A DNA stretch of 64,000 nt from NCBI GenBank assembly GCA_964617045.1, contig CAZTVZ010000004.1:15799-79798 (forward strand), in the 5' to 3' direction. The notes under the pieces are model-generated. The model made no database searches and had not been told where the DNA came from. It worked only from the letters and a program-made list of their open reading frames with translations. This document shows positions 28,595-37,544 of this stretch, one piece after another. Numbering within the stretch: position 1 is the stretch's first letter; each line of letters starts with the position of its first letter. The stretch comes from an uncultured Gammaproteobacteria bacterium. Its GTDB lineage: Bacteria; Patescibacteriota; Microgenomatia; UBA8517. The position numbers and the translations under genes are program-made.

Positions 28595-29131
28595 ATGTCT
28601 ATCTACACAAAAAAGGGTGACGGAGGAGAAACAGGCTTATATTCCAGAACCAAAGACAAGGTTGTCCGTATTTTCAAAGATTCACCAATAATCGAGGCGA
28701 TAGGATCTGTCGATGAGGCAAATTCATTTTTGGGTATATGTGCGGACTGTCCCAACAACAATCTTCACAAGAAGATCGTGATTATCCAAAGGGCTTTGTT
28801 TACCGTTGGAGGAATTCTTGCAGGTGCAAAATTATCTATTTCAAATAAACAAATCGAGTATTTGGAAAACGAAATAGACTCCATGGATAAAGAACTTCAA
28901 AAATTATCAGGGTTTATTCTACCTGGAGGTGGATTTACGGGAAGCCATCTTTTTATGGCAAGAACGTTAATAAGGAAAGCTGAACGAAAATTGGTTCGTT
29001 TATCTAAAGAAGAAAAGGTTCCTGCAAGTGTTCTCGTATATGTAAACAGGCTCTCGGATTATGTTTATACCCTCGCAAGATACAGCAATTTGAAAGAAGG
29101 AATTAAAGAGGAGTCTTGGAAGCGTAAATAA
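28595..29131 (+). CDS. pduO: ATP:cob(I)alamin adenosyltransferase, PduO-type.
   Basis: N-terminal TKKGDGGETGL (the PduO T(R/K)xGDxGxT motif) and EANSxxG. Length 178 aa. Confidence 0.8.
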   Translation: MSIYTKKGDGGETGLYSRTKDKVVRIFKDSPIIEAIGSVDEANSFLGICADCPNNNLHKKIVIIQRALFTVGGILAGAKLSISNKQIEYLENEIDSMDKELQKLSGFILPGGGFTGSHLFMARTLIRKAERKLVRLSKEEKVPASVLVYVNRLSDYVYTLARYSNLKEGIKEESWKRK

Positions 29132-29148
29132 TAATGTTAAAATGATTT

Positions 29149-29490
29149 ATGACCATGACTCCGGAACGGGGGAGTTTTCCTGTACAGGAAAGACCGGAAG
29201 AGTTTCCCGAAATTCCGTTAGAAATTGAAAATAAGACTGCCTTAACTCCTACACCTGTCCAATTTAAAGCACAGGTTAAAGACGATAGAGGTAAACCGCT
29301 AATTTCAACCTCCGAAAGGGAAGAAAATAAAATTGTAATTCCCAAACCTAAGGAGCAATTGGAAATTGGAGCAAAGGGTTCAGCCGGCGATGCTTTAACC
29401 TGGTTCAGTCAATTTTGGTTGAGGGCAATTAAAAAAGCGGTATTGGTTGGGAAACAAATATTTTTAAGGAGGGAAAATGCCAATAATTGA
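29149..29490 (+). CDS. Hypothetical protein.
   Basis: 113-aa ORF whose end overlaps the start of the downstream ATPase. No recognisable domain. Confidence 0.35.
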   Translation: MTMTPERGSFPVQERPEEFPEIPLEIENKTALTPTPVQFKAQVKDDRGKPLISTSEREENKIVIPKPKEQLEIGAKGSAGDALTWFSQFWLRAIKKAVLVGKQIFLRRENANN

Positions 29491-31804
29491 TATTAACGCA
29501 ATCGTTTTAGCACTTCTTTTGTTGGGACTTCTTGTTTTGGGATTGTTTGTAATTGGATATGTAGCGTTCATCTTTATTAGGCACAGGAATCGTGAGGAGA
29601 AATCTTTGGAATCAGTACTCATGCAAATAGCAGTTCCAAGAGGAAATGAAACAAAAATTGATGCAATGGAACAAATGTTCTCGTCTCTTTCTTCCTTGAA
29701 AAAAGGAGGCTTTTGGCAAAAGTTTTCATTCCAACCTACGATATCTTTCGAAATTGTGGCCAGAAAGGAAGATATTCGTTTCTATATCTGGACACCGGTA
29801 AAATATAAAGATCTTTTAGAAAAACAAATACACGGAGCTTTTCCTGATGCGGAAGTTTTGGAGGTATCCGAATACAACATATTTAACGAATCGGGCAAAG
29901 TTGCTTATAAATCGCTGCAACTTTCCAAAGAAAATTACTACCCGATCAAGACTTTTAAGGATTTGGCCACCGATCCTTTGGCTGCGATTACCTCTTCGAT
30001 GGCAAAGATGGGGGACGGTGAGGCAGCAGCAGTCCAAATAGTTGTTTCTCCCGCCGATATCCCTTGGCAAAAAGAAGGGGGTAGTTATATCTCCGATACA
30101 AAAAAACAGGAATCTAATCCGGAAAAAGCCAGTTTTTCTACTTCGGGAAAAACTCTTGAATCAATTGAGAGCAAGACTTCCAAACCCGGTTTTGAAGTAT
30201 CGATAAGAATCGTTGCGGTTGCTCCTTCCGAAGAAATTGCAAAAATGCACCTGACCAACATTGAAGCAGGTTTTGAACAATTTAGTTCGGATACCAACAA
30301 ATTCCGATCAAGAAAAATTCGCAACAAAGGAGCTTTTATTGAAGATTTTCTTTATCGGTATCAACCAATGTTTCATTTATTTGGGAATCGCTCTTCGATC
30401 TTAAATTCTGAGGAATTGGCAACACTATTCCATTTTCCGAACAAACAAATTACAACACCCCACATTTATTGGATATATTCAAAAACCGCTCCTGCACCAT
30501 CCGATATTCCAAATGAAGGAATGTTTTTGGGAATTAGTGCCTACAGAGGGGTAAAAAGATCGGTATACATTTCCGACGAAGACAGAAGAAGACACACATA
30601 CATAATCGGAAAAACAGGAACAGGAAAGACAGAACTTTTAAAAGATATGATTTTGCAGGACATTAAAGCGGGTCGTGGAATATGTTTTATGGATCCTCAT
30701 GGAGACGCGATCGAAGATATTTTAAAACAGATTCCTCCGGAGAGAGCGGAAGACGTGATTTATTTTAATCCCGGTGACACCGAAAGGCCGATGGGATTAA
30801 ATCTTCTTGAAGCAAGAACGGAAGATGAAAAACATTTTGTTGCAACATCCGTTATTAATATGATGTACAAGCTTTTCGATCCTTATAAGACAGGTATCGT
30901 GGGTCCTCGATTCGAGCATGCCGTAAGAAACGCAATGCTAACCGTAATGGCAGAACCGGGTAATACTTTCGTTGAGGTCATGAGAGCATTAACCGATGCC
31001 AATTTTGTTCAAGAACTTCTTCCCAAAGTAACCGACCCGATTATCAGAAGGTATTGGACAGATCAAATAGCTCAAACCGCCGATTTTCATAAGTCGGAAG
31101 TTTTGGACTACATTGTTTCCAAATTTGGAAGATTTGTTACCAATAAAATGATTAGAAACATAATTGGACAATCTCAATCTTCATTCTCTTTCAGAAATAT
31201 TATGGATGAAGGGAAAATTCTTTTAATTAATTTGGCTAAAGGTGAAATAGGGGAGGAAAACTCTAATTTCTTGGGACTTGTTTTGGTCCCCAGAATTTTA
31301 ATGGCTGCTATGAGTAGACAAGATGTTCCTGAAGACCAGAGGCGTGACTTCTTCCTTTATGTTGACGAGTTCCAAAATTTTGCCACCCCCGATTTTGCGC
31401 AGATTCTTTCCGAAGCAAGAAAATACAAATTAAACCTTTGTGTTGCCAACCAGTTTATCGGACAGGTTGAGGAAGAGGTGAAAAATGCGGTATTTGGAAA
31501 TGTGGGAACAATTATTGCCTTTAGGGTTGGTGTTACGGACGCTTCTTACCTTGCTCACGAATTTACTCCAACTTTCGGTGAAGATGACCTTTTGAACATA
31601 GAAAGATACCACGCTTATATTAAAACGATAGTTCACAATGAACCCGTGCCCCCGTTCTCAATGGATTTGACCAAAGATATTGCTGCCCAAAAAGCAGCAG
31701 AAAATCATAGAGTAGCAGAAATCGTAAAAGAAATGAGCAGGCTAAAATTTGGAAGAGACGAGCGTCTAGTTGAAGCAGAAATGACCAGAAGGGCTAAGCT
31801 TTAG
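29477..31804 (+). CDS. T4SS-type P-loop ATPase (FtsK/HerA superfamily, VirB4/VirD4-TraD-like) with an N-terminal TM helix and a family-specific N-domain.
   Basis: N-terminal TM helix. Walker A HTYIIGKTGTGKTELL then DPHGD (the T4CP DPxGD-like motif), Walker B FFLYVDEFQNF, and the C-terminal motifs ARKYKLNLCVANQFIGQ. It is a paralog of the ATPase at 61450..63648. Confidence 0.7.
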   Translation: MPIIDINAIVLALLLLGLLVLGLFVIGYVAFIFIRHRNREEKSLESVLMQIAVPRGNETKIDAMEQMFSSLSSLKKGGFWQKFSFQPTISFEIVARKEDIRFYIWTPVKYKDLLEKQIHGAFPDAEVLEVSEYNIFNESGKVAYKSLQLSKENYYPIKTFKDLATDPLAAITSSMAKMGDGEAAAVQIVVSPADIPWQKEGGSYISDTKKQESNPEKASFSTSGKTLESIESKTSKPGFEVSIRIVAVAPSEEIAKMHLTNIEAGFEQFSSDTNKFRSRKIRNKGAFIEDFLYRYQPMFHLFGNRSSILNSEELATLFHFPNKQITTPHIYWIYSKTAPAPSDIPNEGMFLGISAYRGVKRSVYISDEDRRRHTYIIGKTGTGKTELLKDMILQDIKAGRGICFMDPHGDAIEDILKQIPPERAEDVIYFNPGDTERPMGLNLLEARTEDEKHFVATSVINMMYKLFDPYKTGIVGPRFEHAVRNAMLTVMAEPGNTFVEVMRALTDANFVQELLPKVTDPIIRRYWTDQIAQTADFHKSEVLDYIVSKFGRFVTNKMIRNIIGQSQSSFSFRNIMDEGKILLINLAKGEIGEENSNFLGLVLVPRILMAAMSRQDVPEDQRRDFFLYVDEFQNFATPDFAQILSEARKYKLNLCVANQFIGQVEEEVKNAVFGNVGTIIAFRVGVTDASYLAHEFTPTFGEDDLLNIERYHAYIKTIVHNEPVPPFSMDLTKDIAAQKAAENHRVAEIVKEMSRLKFGRDERLVEAEMTRRAKL

Positions 31805-31839
31805 AAAATTGGTTTGTGGTGATATAATTTAGCCTCAAC

Positions 31840-31910
31840 GGGTCCTTCGTTCAATGGCAGGACACGACTCTTATAAAGTCGACACAGGGGTTCGATTCCC
31901 TTAGGACCCA
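31840..31910 (+). tRNA. tRNA-Ile with anticodon UAU.
   Basis: Manual fold: a 7-bp acceptor stem GGGTCCT/AGGACCC, a D-arm GTTC/GGAC, an anticodon stem CGACT/AGTCG with loop CTTATAA (U33, anticodon TAT, A37), a T-arm AGGGG-TTCGATT-CCCTT, and discriminator A. CCA is not encoded. Confidence 0.7.
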
Positions 31911-31923
31911 CACTTTTAGGTTT

Positions 31924-32790
31924 TCAGAGTTCAATAAGAAGTTGTTTTTTGCCGGGTTCTTTAACCTGTGCAAGCTCCAAATATCTTTCGGTTGTGGAAA
32001 GTCTTTTGTGTCCGGAAACCTGAGAAAGGAGAACGATGTCCACTCCGGCTTTAATGTTTTCAACAATGAAAGTAGTCCTCAAATCATTTACGGAATAGTT
32101 TGGCATTTCTGCTCTTTGCATGTATCTGTCGATTGCTGCCCTAATATTTCTTACAGCCAATGGTTTACCGTTTTTTGATACAAAAAGGTATTCGGAGGCA
32201 ATTTTATTGGGCCTTGTTGCTGAATAACTGGAAATTGCTTCTTTTGCGGCTCTGTTTAAGGGAATGGTTCTTTCAGGCTGCGTTGCGTAAGCCTCTATCT
32301 TCATGTGGTCTCCTTTTAGGTTTGATAGTTTAAGGCTTGCTACTTCGGAAATTCTAATTCCTGTTTGGAGAATTATTTCAACAATTGCAGCAATTCTAAT
32401 GTCGCTCCTGACAACGTCGCGCAAAGCTCTGTATTCGAGAGGAGAGAGAAACTTGGGAAGTGAACTTTCGATCTTGGGATGTGCAACGGAAAGTGATGGA
32501 TCCGAAGCTAAATGGTTTTCGGATATTAGCCATCTGAAGAATGTTTTTACAGCATTTAATTTTCTGGAAACTGTTTTTGGAGTATATTTTTCGGCCAAAA
32601 GTTGATCTCTAAAAGATTCAAGATCGGACGCAATTATTTGCTCCGGGAGGCCTTTGTTTTTACGCGTCAAATATTGAACAAGCTGTTCAAGATCGGCTCT
32701 GTAGGCAAGTATTGTTGCCGGAGAACGACCTTTCTCTTTAAGGCTCTCGATAAACTTCGGAAGCAGGTTCTTAAGTGTTTCTTGTGTCAT
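31924..32790 (-). CDS. xerC: Tyrosine site-specific recombinase, XerC/XerD family.
   Basis: The 288-aa length, the N-terminal SAM-like domain (ILAYRADLEQLVQYL), and the C-terminal catalytic R...HxxR...Y (GHKRLSTTERYLEL) are Xer-like. Confidence 0.8.
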   Translation of the reverse strand: MTQETLKNLLPKFIESLKEKGRSPATILAYRADLEQLVQYLTRKNKGLPEQIIASDLESFRDQLLAEKYTPKTVSRKLNAVKTFFRWLISENHLASDPSLSVAHPKIESSLPKFLSPLEYRALRDVVRSDIRIAAIVEIILQTGIRISEVASLKLSNLKGDHMKIEAYATQPERTIPLNRAAKEAISSYSATRPNKIASEYLFVSKNGKPLAVRNIRAAIDRYMQRAEMPNYSVNDLRTTFIVENIKAGVDIVLLSQVSGHKRLSTTERYLELAQVKEPGKKQLLIEL

Positions 32791-32850
32791 AATATGAGGG
32801 TCAGACTTACAATGATACCAGGATTATAAGATAAGTCAACATTATAAGGT

Positions 32851-33240
32851 ATGAAGGAGGCTAAAAAACACAAATTATCCGATGTGTTCGGCAAATTCAC
32901 AAAATACATCGTTATTTTGTTTGCCGTTTTATTCTTAATTTCTTTAATCAGGAGCCTGGTTAAGATTACCGGTTCAAAAAAACAAATCGATGAAGCAAGG
33001 GGAAGGGTTGAAAAATTACAATCGGAAAACGAGTCTCTGAAAAACAAACTGGCTCTTTCACAGAGTGAAGCGTTTATTGAACAGCAGTTGAGGGACAAAT
33101 TGGGATTGGCAAAAGAGGGGGAAATGGTGGTGGTTCTGCCTGAACCGAGCATATTAAAACAATATTCACCTAAAATTGTATACGAAGAAGAGATTCTCCC
33201 CGATCCTACCTGGAAAATGTGGTTTAGGTTCTTTTATTGA
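32851..33240 (+). CDS. ftsB: Septum formation initiator FtsB/DivIC-family protein.
   Basis: An N-terminal TM helix followed by a coiled coil (RVEKLQSENESLKNKL), and LRDKLGLAKEGEMVVVLPEP, the conserved FtsB C-terminal motif. Confidence 0.75.
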   Translation: MKEAKKHKLSDVFGKFTKYIVILFAVLFLISLIRSLVKITGSKKQIDEARGRVEKLQSENESLKNKLALSQSEAFIEQQLRDKLGLAKEGEMVVVLPEPSILKQYSPKIVYEEEILPDPTWKMWFRFFY

Positions 33241-33365
33241 GTTTCTGAGCTCAAACTGGTAACATATACCTCTGGAGATACTACATGCGGGGTAGTGTAC
33301 GGCTGCACGCAAGGCTCATAATCTTGCAGACTAGGTCCAACTCCTAGCCCCGCAACACGATACCT

Positions 33366-33437
33366 GCCAACGTAGCTCAGCGGCAGAGCGGTCGTTTCAT
33401 AAGCGACATGTCACAGGTTCGAATCCTGTCGTTGGCA
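33366..33437 (+). tRNA. tRNA-Met (anticodon CAU; elongator-type by stem features).
   Basis: Manual fold: acceptor stem GCCAACG/CGTTGGC, D-arm GCTC/GAGC, anticodon stem GTCGT/GCGAC with loop TTCATAA, and T-loop TTCGAAT. It lacks the initiator features (no C1xA72, no 3 GC pairs at the base of the anticodon stem). CCA is not encoded. Confidence 0.75.
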
Positions 33438-33485
33438 CACCTTTTACGCTTCAATACTAGCCTCAAAAGTGATACAATCCAGGGT

Positions 33486-34487
33486 ATGTCAGCTAAACGA
33501 GTATTATCAGGAATTCGTGCTTCGGGCCGCCTACATTTGGGAAACTATTTAGGTGCGGTCAAAGGAATGCTGGCTTTACAAGACGATCCTGCCTACGAAA
33601 CGTTCTATATGGTTGCCGATTTGCACACTTTAACAACCCCATATGAGAAAGAAAAACTGGAAGAGCAGGTTAAAGAAGTAATTCTGGATTATTTGGCTGC
33701 AGGTTTGGATCCTGAAAAATCGGTTATTTTTATTCAATCTCAAACCGGTGAACACAGAAAACTTGCTTATCTTCTGGCAACAGAAGTTTCGGTGGCAAGA
33801 ATGTTACACCTACCAACTTACAAAGATAAGCTAAAAGAAAATCCTGACGATGCGAGTCTTTCCCTTTTGTATTATCCGGTTCTAATGGCGGCGGACATTC
33901 TGGCTTACAAAGCAAATCTTGTTCCGGTTGGAGTAGACCAAGAGCCACATTTGGAAATATCCAGGCAAATTGCCAGGAAAATGAATTCCAAATACGGTAC
34001 AAATTTTCCAGAACCAATAAGATTCGAGACAGAAGGCGGATATGTCCCGTCTCTAACGGGAGAGGGAAAAATGAGCAAAAGTATCGAAGGAAGTGCGATT
34101 TATTTAACTGACAGTTTGGATGAGATTAAAAGTAAAATTGCCAAGATTCCGACAGATTCGGGAAGTGGAGAGACCGTTCCTAAAGAAGGCGGAGTTGCCT
34201 CTCTTTTTACAATTACGGAACTGGTAATGGGAAAAAAGGAAAGAGAAAATTTGGAACAGAAATATCTGTCTGAAGGAATAAGATATGGTGAGCACAAAGA
34301 AAAACTGTCACAAGCGATTTTTGAAATGCTAAAACCGATTCAAGAAAAAAGAGAGTATTTCGAGAATAATCCCGAAAAGGTAAGGGAAATAATTAAAGCA
34401 GGGGATAATAAGGCCACCGAGGTGTCCCACGGTATTGTTGAAGAGGTATCTTCAAAAATGGGTCTTTGTTACGACTTTTTAAAATAA
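33486..34487 (+). CDS. trpS: Tryptophanyl-tRNA synthetase.
   Basis: SGIRASGRLHLGNYLGA (HIGH-type motif) and KMSKS (GEGKMSKS). The ORF track starts upstream and overlaps the tRNA. The ATG at 33486 gives a protein of the canonical size. Confidence 0.9.
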   Translation: MSAKRVLSGIRASGRLHLGNYLGAVKGMLALQDDPAYETFYMVADLHTLTTPYEKEKLEEQVKEVILDYLAAGLDPEKSVIFIQSQTGEHRKLAYLLATEVSVARMLHLPTYKDKLKENPDDASLSLLYYPVLMAADILAYKANLVPVGVDQEPHLEISRQIARKMNSKYGTNFPEPIRFETEGGYVPSLTGEGKMSKSIEGSAIYLTDSLDEIKSKIAKIPTDSGSGETVPKEGGVASLFTITELVMGKKERENLEQKYLSEGIRYGEHKEKLSQAIFEMLKPIQEKREYFENNPEKVREIIKAGDNKATEVSHGIVEEVSSKMGLCYDFLK

Positions 34488-34489
34488 AA

Positions 34490-34822
34490 ATGGACATTAT
34501 TACATATAACGATTTTGCAAAGATTGAATTCAGAGCTGGGAAAATATTGAGTGCAGAGGATGTTGAAGCTTCGGAAAAACTGATCAAATTTGAAGTAGAT
34601 TTTGGAGAATTGGGTACGAAAGTCGTTTTTTCCGGAATCAAAAAATGGTACAAACCGGAAGAATTGACAGGAAAAACATACATTTTTGTAGTAAACTTGG
34701 AACCCAAGAAAATCATGGGGGAAGAATCTCAGGGGATGATTGTTGCTGCTGAAGAAGAAGACGGAAACTGTGTATTAGTTGCCCCCGAAAAAGAAATTGC
34801 CCCAGGGACAAAAGTATATTAA
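34490..34822 (+). CDS. tRNA-binding-domain protein (CsaA / Trbp111 / MetRS C-terminal-like).
   Basis: FAKIEFRAGKILSAE...KLIKFEVDFGE is the OB-fold tRNA-binding (EMAP-like) signature. Length about 110 aa. Confidence 0.7.
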   Translation: MDIITYNDFAKIEFRAGKILSAEDVEASEKLIKFEVDFGELGTKVVFSGIKKWYKPEELTGKTYIFVVNLEPKKIMGEESQGMIVAAEEEDGNCVLVAPEKEIAPGTKVY

Positions 34823-36648
34823 TGAAGAAAAAGGTAAAGAAGATACAAATTAAGATTACTCCATTAAAAGTAATCGCTGTATTGGCGATTCTCTTTTTTG
34901 TTATTCCGCTTGTGACCTCGGCTTTTTCATACTTTACGGATTCAACCAGACTTGAGCTAACTCAGGCAATGAGCGATATTAAGGAAGACAAAATAGAGAA
35001 AATAGTTGTTGAAAACGACAGTTTACTTCTTACCTACAAAGACGGATCGGTTAAAGTATCAAACAAGGAATCGAATGATTCGTTTTTGGATGTTCTCGAG
35101 AAATATCAAATCGATCCCAAAAAGGTTAACTACACAATTTCTGACCAGACGGTTGCCAAAGCAGTGGGAAGTGTTCTATCAATAGTGCTTCCGATTATAC
35201 TAATGGCTGCTTTTTTCTTCTGGCTTTTGAAATCACAAAGCAGAGGTGCCCAGGATATTTTCTCCTTCGGAAGAAGTCGGGCAAAACTTTTTGCAAAAGG
35301 AAAACAATCGGTTACTTTTAAAGATGTCGCCGGTGTCGATGATGCAAAAAAGGAGCTCGAAGAAATTGTTGATTTTCTGAAAAATCCTTTCAAATACAGA
35401 AAAATTGGAGCAAGAACACCAAAGGGAGTTCTTCTTTTCGGACCAGCCGGTGTTGGAAAAACGTTACTTGCACGGGCAGTCGCCGGAGAAGCAGATGTTG
35501 CGTTTTTCTCGATGGCCGGAAGTGAATTTATGGAAATGCTGGTGGGGGTTGGAGCATCCCGCGTCAGAGATTTATTCGCACAAGCAAAAACTTCTGCACC
35601 TTCAATTATTTTCATTGACGAAATCGATGCAATTGGAAGACAGCGAGGCAGGGGAATGATTGGAGGTCACGATGAAAGAGAACAAACCCTTAATCAAATC
35701 CTTGTAGAAATGGACGGGTTTACCCAAAACGATAATGTTATTGTTGTTGCTGCAACTAACAGAGGGGATTTATTGGATCCTGCACTTTTGAGACCGGGAC
35801 GATTTGACAGAAGAGTAACTTTGGACATGCCGGATAAAGAAGGAAGACAGGCAATACTAAAAATTCACGCAAGAGGAAAGAAGTTTGTTAAAGGAATAAA
35901 GTGGGAGAAAGTTGCCGACAGAACGGTAGGATTTTCTGGTGCGGATTTGGAAAACATGCTCAATGAAGCAGCAATCTTGGCGGCCAGAGAAAACAAAGAT
36001 TCAATTGAAATGAAAGATATTGAAGAAGCAGCTACAAAAGTGAAACTTGGCCCTGCCAAGAAAAAGCTTCAATCGGAAGAAGACAGGAAAATAACTGCAT
36101 ATCATGAAGCGGGACATGCAATAGTAACTCACAAATTACACGATACCGATCCCGTTGAAAGAATTTCAATCGTTGCTAGGGGTATGAGTTTGGGTCACAC
36201 ATTGATCCCCCCGGCAGCCGACAGGTCACACGAAACGAAATCTAGACTTCTTGATAACATTGCTGCAATGCTTGGTGGTCGTGCAGCTGAACAAATTGTG
36301 TTTAAAGAAATGACTTCAGGCGCTTCAAACGATATTCAAAAAGCAACCCAGCTTGCCAGAGCAATGGTCGTGGATTTCGGAATGAGTTCCTTGGGGCCAA
36401 TAAATTTCGGACCACAATATGATATGGGAGAATTCGGTCAAACCGAATGGTACGAGCCTCCGCAAGTATCTCAAGCCATGCAGGAAAAAGTTGATACTGA
36501 AGTTAAAAAGATAATCGATGAGGCATATCAAAAGGCAGCAAAATTGGTTGCCGGAAACAGAAAGACAATGGATAAAATTGTTGCCGAGCTTTTGAAAAAA
36601 GAAACACTGGATCGTGACGATTTTGAAAAAATTGTCGGGAAAAAGTAA
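34822..36648 (+). CDS. ftsH: ATP-dependent zinc metalloprotease FtsH.
   Basis: An N-terminal TM helix, a periplasmic domain, a second TM helix, an AAA domain (GPAGVGKTLLARAVAGEA; SRH region) and the HEAGHAIV zinc site. Confidence 0.95.
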   Translation: MKKKVKKIQIKITPLKVIAVLAILFFVIPLVTSAFSYFTDSTRLELTQAMSDIKEDKIEKIVVENDSLLLTYKDGSVKVSNKESNDSFLDVLEKYQIDPKKVNYTISDQTVAKAVGSVLSIVLPIILMAAFFFWLLKSQSRGAQDIFSFGRSRAKLFAKGKQSVTFKDVAGVDDAKKELEEIVDFLKNPFKYRKIGARTPKGVLLFGPAGVGKTLLARAVAGEADVAFFSMAGSEFMEMLVGVGASRVRDLFAQAKTSAPSIIFIDEIDAIGRQRGRGMIGGHDEREQTLNQILVEMDGFTQNDNVIVVAATNRGDLLDPALLRPGRFDRRVTLDMPDKEGRQAILKIHARGKKFVKGIKWEKVADRTVGFSGADLENMLNEAAILAARENKDSIEMKDIEEAATKVKLGPAKKKLQSEEDRKITAYHEAGHAIVTHKLHDTDPVERISIVARGMSLGHTLIPPAADRSHETKSRLLDNIAAMLGGRAAEQIVFKEMTSGASNDIQKATQLARAMVVDFGMSSLGPINFGPQYDMGEFGQTEWYEPPQVSQAMQEKVDTEVKKIIDEAYQKAAKLVAGNRKTMDKIVAELLKKETLDRDDFEKIVGKK

Positions 36649-37544
36649 TGGATAAATTTGTAATAATTGACGGTTTTGCCATACTGCACAGGGCATATCA
36701 CGCTCTTCCAATATTAACCACCAAAAGAGGTTCGCCTATTAATGCTGTCTACGGGCTGGTATCAATGATATTGCGAGTAATTACCGACCTAAAACCTACT
36801 CATATTGCAGTTTGCTACGACAGGCCAGAAGAAACATTCAGAAAAAAAGCATTCAAGTTATATCATGCGAATCGCCCGAAGGCAGACAAAGGTTTTGTTT
36901 CTCAAATTGAAAAAGCACAGAAAGCTTTGGAGGCTATGAACATTCCTGTTTATTCTTGTGCCGGATATGAAGGAGACGACGTTATCGGTACAATTGCCAA
37001 AAAAGTTGAAAACAAAATGAAAGTAATCATCGTTACGGGGGATAGGGACATATTCCAGCTGGTAGGTCCGAATACTCAGGTATTTATGCCGATTTCGGGA
37101 ATGTCTCAGGGAAAAATATTTGGAGAAAAAGAAGTAATTGAAAAAATGGGTGTAAAACCAGAACAGATTAACGATTACAAAGCTCTTGTTGGAGACCCCT
37201 CCGACAATTATCCTGGTGTTAGCGGTATTGGTCCAAAAACGGCAATAGACTTGATTCACAGATACGGAGATGTAAAGAATATTTACAACAATCTAGATAA
37301 ATTAAATCCCAAATTGAAAGAAAAATTGGAAAAAGGGAAGAAAGATGCGATGCTTTCCTACAAATTGGCTACAATTGTAACCAAGGTTCCCTGTAAACTT
37401 AAAATTAACGAATCATCCAAATGGGATATCGATAACGAAAAAGTGCTATCTTTATTTAAGGAATTTGGGTTTAAAACCCTTACGGAGAGAGTAAAAAAGA
37501 TGGGTACGAAATTGGATGAAGAAAAACAAATGAAACTCATATGA
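36648..37544 (+). CDS. 5'-3' exonuclease (Pol I N-terminal-domain-like FEN, standalone).
   Basis: VIIDGFAILHRAYHA, GYEGDDVIGT, TGDRDIFQL, and an H3TH motif GVSGIGPKTA. Length 298 aa with no polymerase domain. Confidence 0.85.
   Translation: MDKFVIIDGFAILHRAYHALPILTTKRGSPINAVYGLVSMILRVITDLKPTHIAVCYDRPEETFRKKAFKLYHANRPKADKGFVSQIEKAQKALEAMNIPVYSCAGYEGDDVIGTIAKKVENKMKVIIVTGDRDIFQLVGPNTQVFMPISGMSQGKIFGEKEVIEKMGVKPEQINDYKALVGDPSDNYPGVSGIGPKTAIDLIHRYGDVKNIYNNLDKLNPKLKEKLEKGKKDAMLSYKLATIVTKVPCKLKINESSKWDIDNEKVLSLFKEFGFKTLTERVKKMGTKLDEEKQMKLI

Noticed and set aside
31924-32790. The tyrosine recombinase as a phage/ICE integrase marking an island downstream of the tRNA.
   Set aside because: Its size and motifs fit chromosomal XerC/D, and the genes beyond it (ftsB, tRNA-Met, trpS, ftsH) are core housekeeping genes. 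I kept the mobile-element idea only as a hypothesis for the ATPase side.
33408-33485. The trpS ORF as extended by the ORF track, starting at 33408.
   Set aside because: That start lies inside the tRNA-Met gene. The conserved TrpRS N-terminus begins at the ATG at 33486.
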